A DNA stretch of 38,679 nt from Candidatus Dormiibacterota bacterium (GCA_035948615.1 DASZJB010000038.1:1-38679), one strand, 5' to 3'. Shown: positions 1 through 9,695, counted from the stretch's first letter. Numbers and translations are program-made. The notes: generated by a model from the sequence alone, not told the origin.

Positions 1-1067
1 GCGGAGAGCGTGTTGGTTCGGGCGCGTTCGATCAGGCGCTCGTACTCGTCGCGGAATTCCTTGAAGGGGAGCTCCGAGGCGTTGCGGATGACCGGGACGA
101 CGAGCGAACGTGAACCGTCCTTGCGGACGCTGTCCACCGCCAGACCAAGGTGCACCGGCCCCGCGACGCGTGCGGGCTTGCCATCGTCGGTCCGTGCGAA
201 ATGAGTCGACATCGCGGGACTCGCGGCGGCGGCCCGTGCGATGGCGTATCCGATCAGGTGGGTGAACGACACCTTGCCCGCGTTGCCGCCGGCGGCGAGC
301 GCGGTGTTGAGCTGGCGCCGGCGGCTGTCGAGCACGTCGACCCCGACGGTTCGGAACGACGTTGCGGTGGGGATGTCGCGACTGCGCTCCATGTAGTCCA
401 CGAGGGCCGCCGCCGGGCCCTTGATGGGCTCGGCGTGTTCGCCGTCGACGACCCGCACGGTGGCGTCGTGTCGCGGATCAGCGCCGGTCTTGGCGCCGAG
501 CACGTCTGCCTTGGTCACGATGCCGCCGGGACCCGATCCGTGTATGGCGCGAAGATCGACGCCGTTCTTCGCGGCCGCCCTGCGCGCGAGCGGCGCGGCA
601 TTGACATCGGCGCCGTCCGGCGCAGTACCGGGTGTGGGGGCGATGGGGACCGCCTCGGGGAGTGGCGGCGGCTCAGGGGCTGGTACGTCCTCTGCGCGGG
701 TCGGCGGCGACGGGGCCTGCTCAGCAGGTGGCTGCGGTGCCGCAGCGCTCGCGGGAGACGGGGCAGGCTCGACCTGTGGGTCAGGTGCAGCGGCAATCGG
801 TGAGGGGGCAGGCGTGGCCGCGGCCCCCGGGGCGATCACCGCAAGGGTCGCGCCGACGGCGACGGTCTCACCTTCGGCCGCGACGATCTCGATCAGCTGA
901 CCGGTTGCCGGTGCGGGGACCTCGACATCAACCTTGTCGGTGGTCACCTCGACAACGGGCTCGCCTTCCTCGACGCTGTCACCCACCGCCTTGAGCCAGC
1001 GGGACACGATTCCTTCCGAGACCGACTCGCCCATCGCCGGGAGGGTCAGCGAAACAGGGTCGGCCAC
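1..1067 (-). CDS. sucB: 2-oxoacid dehydrogenase E2 component (dihydrolipoamide succinyl/acyltransferase), 3' end cut by window edge
   Basis: Absent from the ORF track because it runs off the window. Hand translation from GTG at 1067-1065 gives VADPVSLTLPAMGESVSEGIVSRWLKAVGDSVEEGEPVVEVTTDKVDVEVPAPATG, a lipoyl domain with the TDK lipoyl-lysine. An Ala/Pro linker and a peripheral subunit-binding motif (PLARRAAAKNGVDL..GSGPGGIVTKADV) follow, then the start of the acyltransferase core, ending ...EFRDEYERLIERARTNTLSA at base 1. Confidence 0.9.
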   Translation of the reverse strand, partial: MADPVSLTLPAMGESVSEGIVSRWLKAVGDSVEEGEPVVEVTTDKVDVEVPAPATGQLIEIVAAEGETVAVGATLAVIAPGAAATPAPSPIAAAPDPQVEPAPSPASAAAPQPPAEQAPSPPTRAEDVPAPEPPPLPEAVPIAPTPGTAPDGADVNAAPLARRAAAKNGVDLRAIHGSGPGGIVTKADVLGAKTGADPRHDATVRVVDGEHAEPIKGPAAALVDYMERSRDIPTATSFRTVGVDVLDSRRRQLNTALAAGGNAGKVSFTHLIGYAIARAAAASPAMSTHFARTDDGKPARVAGPVHLGLAVDSVRKDGSRSLVVPVIRNASELPFKEFRDEYERLIERARTNTLS

Positions 1068-1195
1068 TCTTGAATCGTCTCACCTTCGCTCTTCACCGGT
1101 GCGGACATGCGCCGGAACTCGAATGAGGTTCCGCGCAGATCGCGCCCGGGTATCCGGCCTACCCCGGATCAAGACCGCCCGCGCGCCTAGCTCGC

Positions 1196-1471
1196 CTACC
1201 GCTTGCTCCGGTCGGCGGTCAGTCGGCGCATCGCCGTGCGGAGCCACTGTCGCGTGACCGGGATGAATTCCTCTTCGAGCAGCGCGCAGGCGATCAGCAC
1301 CACGACCGCGCCTCCCAGTCCGATGAAGCTGCTCTGCCAGATGGCGAATCGTGGTTGCGTGCCGGCGCACGACCCGGTGCACGCGGTTGTGACCTGCCCG
1401 GCAGCGAGGCCGAGGAGGATGCCGGCGACCGCCCCGACACCATAGAGCAGGACCGTTCTCGCCGTGTTCAC
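1196..1471 (-). CDS. small membrane protein (two hydrophobic helices, Cys-containing loop), hypothetical
   Basis: ORF 1196..1534. It has two hydrophobic segments (VLLYGVGAVAGILLGLAAG and FIGLGGAVVVLIACALL). I prefer the internal GTG at 1471 (VNTARTV...) because the longer form would overlap the plus-strand promoter box at 1529-1547. The start is uncertain. Confidence 0.45.
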   Translation of the reverse strand: MNTARTVLLYGVGAVAGILLGLAAGQVTTACTGSCAGTQPRFAIWQSSFIGLGGAVVVLIACALLEEEFIPVTRQWLRTAMRRLTADRSKR

Positions 1472-1518
1472 CGCGTGAATATAGGCGTGTGAGCTGCGCG
1501 TCAAGGGCGTGCACGGCC

Positions 1519-1618
1519 TGCGCACTCCATACACAAATCCGTATACTTTTCTGGAAGCCGGATCCGTCCGGTGCGGCCGGAGGGGCGACCGTCAAAGCAG
1601 GATCTTTGGAGGTAGCCC
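1519..1618 (+). promoter_or_regulatory. promoter box plus structured 5' leader, copy A (paralogous to 5150..5257)
   Basis: ATACACAAATCCGTATA (1529-1545) contains a -10 TATACT (1542-1547). A hairpin CCGGA-TCCG-TCCGG lies at 1558-1571. The conserved 18-mer CGGCCGGAGGGGCGACCG is at 1574-1591. Segment 1585-1597 (GCGACCGTCAAAG) can pair with 1604-1616 (CTTTGGAGGTAGC), covering the SD GGAGG. ATG is at 1619. Confidence 0.6.
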
Positions 1619-1981
1619 ATGCCAGGTATTCACCGGTTCCGAATCCTGATCGGTGTGGCTGCGGCCGGAGGCGTGGTCGCATTCGCCGTCCACGCCGGCG
1701 CGCAGCCTCCAACGCCAGGTCGCTACATCAGCTGGGCACCTCCGGCCGTGGCGACGGCGACGCCTGGGGCTGGGCCTGCCCTCCCGGTGGCGAGTCCGTC
1801 CGCGGTCACGAATGCCGGACCGCTCGGTGGTCTGACCTCGCCGCTGTCAGGGCTGTTCAAGCAGCTGAACGCAAATACGGCGGCGACCGCCAGTGGCCAG
1901 TACTCGGTGCTCCACGAGCTCGAAACCGCCCTCGCAGCCCATATTCAGCAGTTCCTGCAGTGGGTGACGGGCGGGCGATGA
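1619..1981 (+). CDS. small secreted protein (signal peptide), hypothetical
   Basis: ORF track, 120 aa. The N-terminus MPGIHRFRILIGVAAAGGVVAFAVHAGA looks like a Sec signal peptide. GGAGG lies 6 nt upstream of the ATG. It is preceded by leader copy A. Confidence 0.6.
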   Translation: MPGIHRFRILIGVAAAGGVVAFAVHAGAQPPTPGRYISWAPPAVATATPGAGPALPVASPSAVTNAGPLGGLTSPLSGLFKQLNANTAATASGQYSVLHELETALAAHIQQFLQWVTGGR

Positions 1982-2005
1982 ACGCCTGGCGGTCAGAATC
2001 GAGAG

Positions 2006-3868
<1,863 letters not shown>

Positions 3869-3892
3869 CGTCGAGCAGGACCTCTCTGGAGG

Positions 3893-4018
3893 TCAGCGCT
3901 CGGCGGGCGCCTGCGCTGCAGTCTGGGCGGCCGCTTTCTTTGCCGCCTTGGCGATTGCGGCAGCCTTCGGCTTCTTACCCTGGCGCTTCGGGGCTCCCCG
4001 AGACTTCTCTCCGGCCAC
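3893..4018 (-). CDS. 41-aa Lys/Ala-rich basic small protein, hypothetical
   Basis: Below the ORF-track size cutoff. Hand translation gives GTG-AGEKSRGAPKRQGKKPKAAAIAKAAKKAAAQTAAQAPAER-TGA. GAGGAGAG lies 5 nt upstream of the GTG at 4018. Confidence 0.4.
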   Translation of the reverse strand: MAGEKSRGAPKRQGKKPKAAAIAKAAKKAAAQTAAQAPAER

Positions 4019-4103
4019 GGCGTCTCTCCTCACGTGTTCTTGTCAGTGATGCTGAGATTAGTACAAGTTTTGATGCGTCGGGATGGACCTACAGGTCCCT
4101 GGA

Positions 4104-5111
4104 TCAGGAGAAGAGGGAGCTGTATCCGTTGAGTGCCGGCTGCCCACCGAGGTGGGCGTAGAGCACCCTTGCGGAAGGGTCAATCTCCCTGCTCGTGATC
4201 ATGTCGATCATGCCCGCCAGGGATTTGCCCTCATAGACCGGATCGGTGATCATCCCCTCCAGGCGCGCACCGAGCTTGATGGCCTCGACAGTCCGCTCGT
4301 CGGCGATCCCGTACGTCCCGGCGTGGTATCGAGCGTCCAGGATGATCTCGTCGCCGCGCAGATCACGACCAATTTCGATCAGCTCGGCCGTCTGTCGGGC
4401 GATGCGGGTCACCTGGTCGAGTGTGTCGTGGGGCTTCGCGGATGCATCGATGCCGATGACCCGGCGGGATCGCTCCTGGGTCGCAAAACCGGCGATCATC
4501 CCGGCCTGGGTGCTCCCGGTGACCGAGCACACAACGACGGTGTCGAAGAACACCCCCAGCGCTCGCTCCTGGTCCGCCACCTCCTGTGCCCAGCGGGCGA
4601 ATCCCAGACCTCCAAGGGGATGATCCGACGCGCCGGCCGGAATCGGATATGGCTTGCCACCGGCAGCCCTCACGTCGTCGAGCGCCTGCTCCCAGCTCGC
4701 CTTGAAACCGATACCGAATCCTTCCTTCACCATCCTGATGTCCGCTCCGAGGATGCGGCTGAGCAGGATGTTGCCAACCTTGTCATAGACGGGATCGGGC
4801 CAGTCGACCCAGCTCTCCTGGACGAGCACGCAGCGCATGCCCATGCGCGCGGCCACCGCGGCGACCTGACGAGTGTGGTTGGACTGGACGCCACCGATCG
4901 ACACCAGCGTGTCGCAGCCTTGAGCGATGGCGTCGGCAACCAGGTACTCCAACTTCCTGGTCTTGTTGCCTCCGAACCCCAAGCCGCTGTTGCAGTCCTC
5001 GCGCTTCGCCCACACCTCGGCGCCGCCCAGCGACGCGGTGAGCCGCTCCAGCGGATGGATCGGAGAAGCACCGAACAGCAGGGGTTGGCGAGCGAATGCA
5101 GCGAGGGTCAT
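4104..5111 (-). CDS. acdS: 1-aminocyclopropane-1-carboxylate deaminase (PLP-dependent, D-cysteine desulfhydrase family)
   Basis: 335 aa with the [14 protein letters not shown]-lysine motif, [23 protein letters not shown] and the C-terminus [20 protein letters not shown], as in characterised AcdS enzymes. Confidence 0.85.
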   Translation of the reverse strand: MTLAAFARQPLLFGASPIHPLERLTASLGGAEVWAKREDCNSGLGFGGNKTRKLEYLVADAIAQGCDTLVSIGGVQSNHTRQVAAVAARMGMRCVLVQESWVDWPDPVYDKVGNILLSRILGADIRMVKEGFGIGFKASWEQALDDVRAAGGKPYPIPAGASDHPLGGLGFARWAQEVADQERALGVFFDTVVVCSVTGSTQAGMIAGFATQERSRRVIGIDASAKPHDTLDQVTRIARQTAELIEIGRDLRGDEIILDARYHAGTYGIADERTVEAIKLGARLEGMITDPVYEGKSLAGMIDMITSREIDPSARVLYAHLGGQPALNGYSSLFS

Positions 5112-5149
5112 GAGCCTCCGGAAGCGCAGGACGGCGGCGAGTCTATCGC

Positions 5150-5257
5150 TTGACAGATATACACAAATCCGTATAGTCTGCTGAGTGTCCGGGTGCTCAC
5201 CCGGAACGGCCGGAGGGGCGACCGATCCCGAATCACGTCTATCGGAGGTCGTCCATC
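5150..5257 (+). promoter_or_regulatory. near-consensus sigma-70 type promoter plus structured 5' leader, copy B
   Basis: TTGACA (5150-5155), a 16-nt spacer, then TATAGT (5172-5177). The 17-mer ATACACAAATCCGTATA is at 5159-5175. A hairpin CCGGGT-GCTC-ACCCGG lies at 5189-5204. The 18-mer CGGCCGGAGGGGCGACCG is at 5207-5224. Segment 5219-5226 can pair with 5241-5251 (ATCGGAGGTCG), covering the SD. GTG start at 5258. Confidence 0.65.
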
Positions 5258-5497
5258 GTGACTCAGCTCAAGGCGCTCATCGACAACTGGATCCTCATCG
5301 CGCAAGGCCTGCTCGCGAGCGTCGGCGCGCTCGCATTCCTCATCGCGTTCATGTACAAGATCGTGGCGGTCGATCCATCCAGTGTTGCGCAGGCGAAGAA
5401 GTGGATCGGCCGCATCGTCTTCGGCACCATCGGTGTCGAGGTGGCGGGAACGCTGACCCACGCGTTGATCGCCAGTGTCCCAGCGACGATCCACTGA
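5258..5497 (+). CDS. TrbC/VirB2-like two-TM mini-pilin family protein
   Basis: 79 aa. Two hydrophobic helices ([23 protein letters not shown] and [19 protein letters not shown]) flank a short loop, [14 protein letters not shown]. This layout resembles the 'pilin' of actinobacterial T4SS-type conjugative elements, which have a GDPxxVxxAK loop. The family assignment is from memory and was not searched. Confidence 0.6.
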   Translation: MTQLKALIDNWILIAQGLLASVGALAFLIAFMYKIVAVDPSSVAQAKKWIGRIVFGTIGVEVAGTLTHALIASVPATIH

Positions 5498-5506
5498 GCG
5501 CGCCTG

Positions 5507-6448
5507 ATGCAATCGGTTCCGGGGATCGTGCAGGGGATCCGCGATCCCCTCGGCACGATCCTCCAGCTGCTGACCGGCGTGCTGTCGCACTTCATCGCGA
5601 CCGCGCGAACCGACATCAACGCCGAGCTGAGCCGCTATCTCTTCACAACCGTCGACCCGATCGGATCCGGCATTCGCCCTTTGACGGCAAACCCGGCCAT
5701 CGCGCACCTGAACGGGGCGCTCGCGCTGGTCGCCGACGTGCTCGTCGGCGCGGTCCTGCTGTACGCATCGCTCCGGAGCATCTTCGAGCACTCGATCCAC
5801 GCGCGCTACGCGCTCCACCTGGTGATCCCGCGCGTCATGGCGGCGATCGTCATGGTGCACGGGTCGATGTACTTCATTCAGATGGCGATTGATCTCAACA
5901 ACGCGATCGGCGGGGTGGCGCAGTCGCTCGGCGGGCCGCTGACCATCGACACACTCCCCTGGTCGGGGTCGATGAGCGCCGCGACCGTGTCGATCATCCA
6001 GGGTTCACAGGATCTGTTCCACGCGGTCTTCGCGCTCGGCGTGGTCGTGGCCGTCGTGATTCTGATGCTCTCGTACGTGATCCGAACCGCGATGCTCGAC
6101 ATACTCGTAGTGCTGGCGCCCCTCGCGGCGTTGTGCTCGGCGCTGCCCGACACGCGCCGCTATGCATATACCTGGCTGCGTCTGTTCATGGTCGCGGTGT
6201 TCATGCAGGCCGTGCAGCTGATCATCCTCAGGGTCGCGACGGCGGTCGGGTTCGGCGCCGGGAGCGGCATCGCCGAGAGCCTGTTCGCGCTGGCGATCCT
6301 CTGGATCGTGCTCAAGGTCCCGGGAACGCTCCACGCCGCCACGCATGTCGAGACCAACGCACACACCGCGATGCGCCACGTCCGGCGGTCGATGCACAAG
6401 GCGATGGCCCCCGCACACCATGTGGTGCGCCATCGCACGGCGTTGTGA
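5507..6448 (+). CDS. polytopic membrane protein, TrbL/VirB6-like
   Basis: 313 aa with about 6-7 hydrophobic spans and a basic His/Arg-rich C-terminal tail. It starts 9 nt after the pilin-like gene. Position and topology match TrbL/VirB6-type proteins, but sequence homology was not verified. Confidence 0.55.
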   Translation: MQSVPGIVQGIRDPLGTILQLLTGVLSHFIATARTDINAELSRYLFTTVDPIGSGIRPLTANPAIAHLNGALALVADVLVGAVLLYASLRSIFEHSIHARYALHLVIPRVMAAIVMVHGSMYFIQMAIDLNNAIGGVAQSLGGPLTIDTLPWSGSMSAATVSIIQGSQDLFHAVFALGVVVAVVILMLSYVIRTAMLDILVVLAPLAALCSALPDTRRYAYTWLRLFMVAVFMQAVQLIILRVATAVGFGAGSGIAESLFALAILWIVLKVPGTLHAATHVETNAHTAMRHVRRSMHKAMAPAHHVVRHRTAL

Positions 6449-6954
6449 TCCGCGCCGCTGCCGCGGTCACGGTGCTGCTCGCTCTGGGATTGTGCGGGGG
6501 AACGGCGTTCGCCAGCGGTGCCGCGGGGATGAACTCCACCGGGGTGGGTTTCGCCAAACCGCTGGCGCACTCGTGGGTGTCGCAGGGATTCGGATGCACC
6601 AGCTTTGCCTTCGAACCCGTGGATCGTGCGTGCCCCGGCGGCCACTGGCACTCGGGGATCGACCTGGCGGCGGCGCGGGGCACGCCCGTGATGGCGACGC
6701 TCCCGGGCATCGCCACGGTCATCGTGTCGGCCACGGGATACGGCTTGCACGTGGTCATCGATCACGGCGGCGGTCTCAGCAGCCTGTACGGCCACCTCGA
6801 CTCCGTGCTGGTCGCGAGCGGCGACGTTGTGGTCCGAGGTCAGCTGATCGGTACCGTCGGGTCAAGTGGCAACGCGACCGGGCCGCACCTGCACTTCGAG
6901 ATCCGGCGAGATGGCATCGCCGAGGATCCACGAATGGACCTCTCGCTCCCGTGA
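6445..6954 (+). CDS. secreted M23 family metallopeptidase (peptidoglycan endopeptidase)
   Basis: GTG at 6445 overlaps the upstream TGA (GTGA). The signal peptide is VIRAAAAVTVLLALGLCGGTAFASG. M23 motifs present are HWHSGIDL (HxxxD) and GPHLHFE (HxH). Confidence 0.85.
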   Translation: MIRAAAAVTVLLALGLCGGTAFASGAAGMNSTGVGFAKPLAHSWVSQGFGCTSFAFEPVDRACPGGHWHSGIDLAAARGTPVMATLPGIATVIVSATGYGLHVVIDHGGGLSSLYGHLDSVLVASGDVVVRGQLIGTVGSSGNATGPHLHFEIRRDGIAEDPRMDLSLP

Positions 6955-6959
6955 GGCCG

Positions 6960-7586
6960 TTATCCCGTTGGCACGCCCGATGCGCTGCGGGTCTCCGCCG
7001 CGAGGCGGCGTGCCTGCTGCCAGACGACCCAGATCCGCTGCACCGCGGTGATGTTGGTCAGGATCGCAAGGATCCAGAGTGCCCAGATCAGCAGCGGCGC
7101 GATCACCAGACCGATGACCGTGATGACCACACGCTCAGGACGAGCCAGCAGCCCGCCGTCGCCGTTGAAGCCGAGGGACTGCGCGCGCGCTCGGACGTAG
7201 GACACGAGCAGCGATCCGGTCAGCGCAAAGACCACGAGCATCGGCTCGAGCGTGTGATGGCCGTGAAAGATGAAGTAGTAGAGGAGCGCGATGGACGTCA
7301 TCGCTTCCGCGTAGCGGTCCACGGTCGAGTCGAGAAACGCTCCGTAGCTCTGCTCGCGGCCGGTCACCCGCGCCAGCGCGCCATCGAGAATGTCGAACCC
7401 ACTGGCAATCAGCAGCAGCACGCCGCCGGGGAGGAGAAACCCGAGGGCGATCAGCACCGCAGAGCCTGCGCAGATACACAACCCGAGCATGGTCAGGATG
7501 TTCGGTGTCAGGTGCAGCGCGCGGAGTGCAGGAACGACGCGTCGCGCGCCGGACCTAACCCAGTCCTGGAGCCTGGACGTGAACAC
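6960..7586 (-). CDS. CDP-alcohol phosphatidyltransferase (phosphatidylinositol phosphate synthase, PgsA1-like)
   Basis: Signature DILDGALARVTGREQSYGAFLDSTVDR (D-G-x2-A-R...G-x3-D-x3-D) and multiple TM helices. GTG at 7586 (VFTSRLQDW...) aligns with the Mtb PgsA1 N-terminus. The longest ORF starts at 7670. Confidence 0.8.
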   Translation of the reverse strand: MFTSRLQDWVRSGARRVVPALRALHLTPNILTMLGLCICAGSAVLIALGFLLPGGVLLLIASGFDILDGALARVTGREQSYGAFLDSTVDRYAEAMTSIALLYYFIFHGHHTLEPMLVVFALTGSLLVSYVRARAQSLGFNGDGGLLARPERVVITVIGLVIAPLLIWALWILAILTNITAVQRIWVVWQQARRLAAETRSASGVPTG

Positions 7587-8724
7587 CGGATACCACCGTG
7601 CTCGCGCCGGCACGTTCACGCGCCACGCGATACACGTCGAGAACTTCGTCGACGACGTGTTCCCAGTCATACAGCTGCGCCTTGACGAGCCCGCGCTCGC
7701 TCATCGCGATGCGTCGCGCCGGGTCGTCGAGCAGCGCCCCGAGCGCCGCCGCCCACTCTTTTGGATGGCGCGGTGGAACCAGCACGCCGTCCACGTCATG
7801 GAGGATCACGCTGCTGAACCCCGGGATGGAAGACGCGATCACCGGAACCCCACTGGCCATCGCCTCCAGGAGCACGATCCCGAAGCTCTCGCCGCCGGTC
7901 GCCGGGGCGCAGAAGATGTCGGCGGACGCGTAGTAGCGCGGCAGCAGCTCCGCGGACACCCGGCCCGCGAACTCGACGTCGGGGATGCCCATGGCCGCGA
8001 CCTGACTCTCGTAGCCCCATCGCATCGGGCCATCGCCGACCACGACGAGACGCGCGTCCATGCGATGACGGCGCAGCTGACCGTAGGCCTCGAGCAAGGT
8101 CGGCAAACCTTTGCGCGACTCGAGGCGACCCACAAACAGGATCGTCGCCTTGCCGGGGGTGCGCAGCTCGTCGAGCTGGACATGGTTGGGATTGAACCGA
8201 GAGCAGTCGATGCCGTTCGGGACAACCCGGTACTCACCCTCGAAGTAGCGCGCGATGAAGTCCCGCGCGGGCACGCTCACCGCAACATGCACATGGAGAC
8301 GGTTGAAATAGCGCTTGAGAAACGGCCTGCCGTAGTAGTACCCGAGGTTGCGCCGGGCCATGGTGTGGAAGGTGCCGACGTTAGCGCCGCTGTGGAATCG
8401 CAACACCGTGATCGGCAGCGAGGGCACGAGGGGCTCGTGATAGTGGACGACGTCGAAATGGTTCTCGTCGAGCAACGCTCGCACGCGCCGCACCAAGTGG
8501 AACGACAGTGCGATGCGAGCCACGGATCCGTTGGTGCGCACCGGAACGCTCCGTCCGATGCGCACGTACCCGGGGATGCCGTGGTCATCGCCAACGCGGC
8601 TCGAGGGTGCGAGCACGGTCACGTCGTGGCCGCGCGCCCGCAGCTTGGCCGAGAGGTGCCGGACATGCTCGGTGACCCCCCCTGGATGCATGAAGTCGTA
8701 CGGGGAGACCAGGCAGATCTTCAT
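7555..8724 (-). CDS. pimA: GT4 glycosyltransferase, phosphatidylinositol alpha-mannosyltransferase PimA-like
   Basis: Starts MKICLVSPYDFMHPGGVTEHV. It carries NGSVARI, HYHEPLVPSL and GGESFGIVLLEAMASG, which closely parallel M. tuberculosis PimA. The ATG at 8724 overlaps the upstream stop (ATGA). Confidence 0.8.
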   Translation of the reverse strand: MKICLVSPYDFMHPGGVTEHVRHLSAKLRARGHDVTVLAPSSRVGDDHGIPGYVRIGRSVPVRTNGSVARIALSFHLVRRVRALLDENHFDVVHYHEPLVPSLPITVLRFHSGANVGTFHTMARRNLGYYYGRPFLKRYFNRLHVHVAVSVPARDFIARYFEGEYRVVPNGIDCSRFNPNHVQLDELRTPGKATILFVGRLESRKGLPTLLEAYGQLRRHRMDARLVVVGDGPMRWGYESQVAAMGIPDVEFAGRVSAELLPRYYASADIFCAPATGGESFGIVLLEAMASGVPVIASSIPGFSSVILHDVDGVLVPPRHPKEWAAALGALLDDPARRIAMSERGLVKAQLYDWEHVVDEVLDVYRVARERAGASTVVSGVHVQAPGLG

Positions 8725-9695
8725 CGCGTCCCGGTCGCCGGCCAGATGGGATCGAGGACGTGCCATTGCTCGGGGTGCTCGCGGATCGCCCCCTCGAAGA
8801 TGCGCAGCAGCATCTGCGAAGTCTTGCGCACCTCTGCGTCCCTCGGCGCGTCCGCGGAGTACCGGATCTCGGGATACACCATCGCGTCGACCCGATAGCG
8901 GTTGCGGAAGAGCAGGATTGGGACGATGGCGGCGCCGGCTCGGATGGCGATCTCGACCGTCCCGATCGGGATCGGCGCGGGGGTACCGAAGAACTCGAGC
9001 GGCTCGCCGTTCCCGATCAGATCGCGGTCGAGCGCCATGGCCACGACACCGCCGGAGCGGAGCACCTTGAACACCTCGCGCATCGACGCAGCGCCGAGCC
9101 TCCGCGCCACCTGCGGATCGCCCGCGCGCATCGCCTGCGTGTTGAGCGGAATGATGTGGACGCCCTGCGCGCTCCGTGCTCCGACCACGCGGTCGAAGAG
9201 TTGTTTGGGGCGGAGCACCTCGGCGACCAGCGCCATCTTGTGGCCCATCTTGTTCCAGCCGGCCAGGCCGACCTCCCAGGACCCGAAATGCATCGACGCG
9301 ACAACCACGCCGTTGCCCCGCGCGATGGCATCCTCGAAGTGGTAGAGGTCCTGGATGTCGATCCGCGACGGCAGGTCGGTCCGTCGGAACGACATCTCCA
9401 TCACATCCACCCAGCCATGGGTGAGGTTGCGGAGGTTGCGGCGGACCAGTCGCTTGAGCGGCCGTTCGCCGATCGTCGGAATGACGTGGCGAAGGTTGTC
9501 GCGCAGGCCGTCGAACCGGCTCGGCACGGTGGCCAGGAGCGCGTCGGCGGCGCGATCGCCGAGCCAGTACGACACCGATTGTGGGAGCAGACCGACCAGT
9601 GCCTCCGCCCCGCGGTAGGCGTAGTACGCCAGCATCGGGTCGCGCGCCGCGGGCGGCGGGACGCCCGTCTTGACCGCCACGTCGCCGGCCTGCAT
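8721..9695 (-). CDS. lysophospholipid/lauroyl (LpxL/HtrB-family) acyltransferase, PIM acyltransferase PatA-like
   Basis: ORF 8721..9809. I prefer the ATG at 9695 (MQAGDVAV...), 31 nt after the ino1 stop. The family call rests on context (between ino1 and pimA, as patA is in mycobacteria) and on an HtrB-like sequence (ASMHFGSWEV). Confidence 0.7.
   Translation of the reverse strand: MQAGDVAVKTGVPPPAARDPMLAYYAYRGAEALVGLLPQSVSYWLGDRAADALLATVPSRFDGLRDNLRHVIPTIGERPLKRLVRRNLRNLTHGWVDVMEMSFRRTDLPSRIDIQDLYHFEDAIARGNGVVVASMHFGSWEVGLAGWNKMGHKMALVAEVLRPKQLFDRVVGARSAQGVHIIPLNTQAMRAGDPQVARRLGAASMREVFKVLRSGGVVAMALDRDLIGNGEPLEFFGTPAPIPIGTVEIAIRAGAAIVPILLFRNRYRVDAMVYPEIRYSADAPRDAEVRKTSQMLLRIFEGAIREHPEQWHVLDPIWPATGTR

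Noticed and set aside
150-1712. Several long ORFs (150..803+, 421..900+, 632..994+, 1080..1712-) overlapping the E2 gene and its upstream region
   Set aside because: Their translations are Arg/Gly/Pro-rich with no recognisable motifs. The opposite-strand frame encodes an unmistakable lipoyl-E2 protein. These are typical antisense ORFs of high-G+C DNA.
4085-4098. GGACCT-AC-AGGTCC palindrome just past the acdS stop as a terminator
   Set aside because: The stem is only 6 bp with a 2-nt spacer, and no U-tract follows on the minus strand. This is insufficient for an intrinsic terminator call.
5178-5257. c-di-AMP (ydaO) riboswitch, which often precedes actinobacterial cell-wall hydrolase genes
   Set aside because: The leader is only about 75 nt, and I could not find the pseudo-symmetric ydaO core elements. 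It also does not fit the c-di-GMP, preQ1, ZTP, guanidine or fluoride motifs as I remember them. A covariance-model search would settle this.
4083-5860. ORFs 4083..5153+ (356 aa) and 5108..5860- (250 aa)
   Set aside because: They are antisense to acdS and to the pilin-like and VirB6-like genes respectively. Their composition is Arg/Asp/His-rich with no domain signatures.
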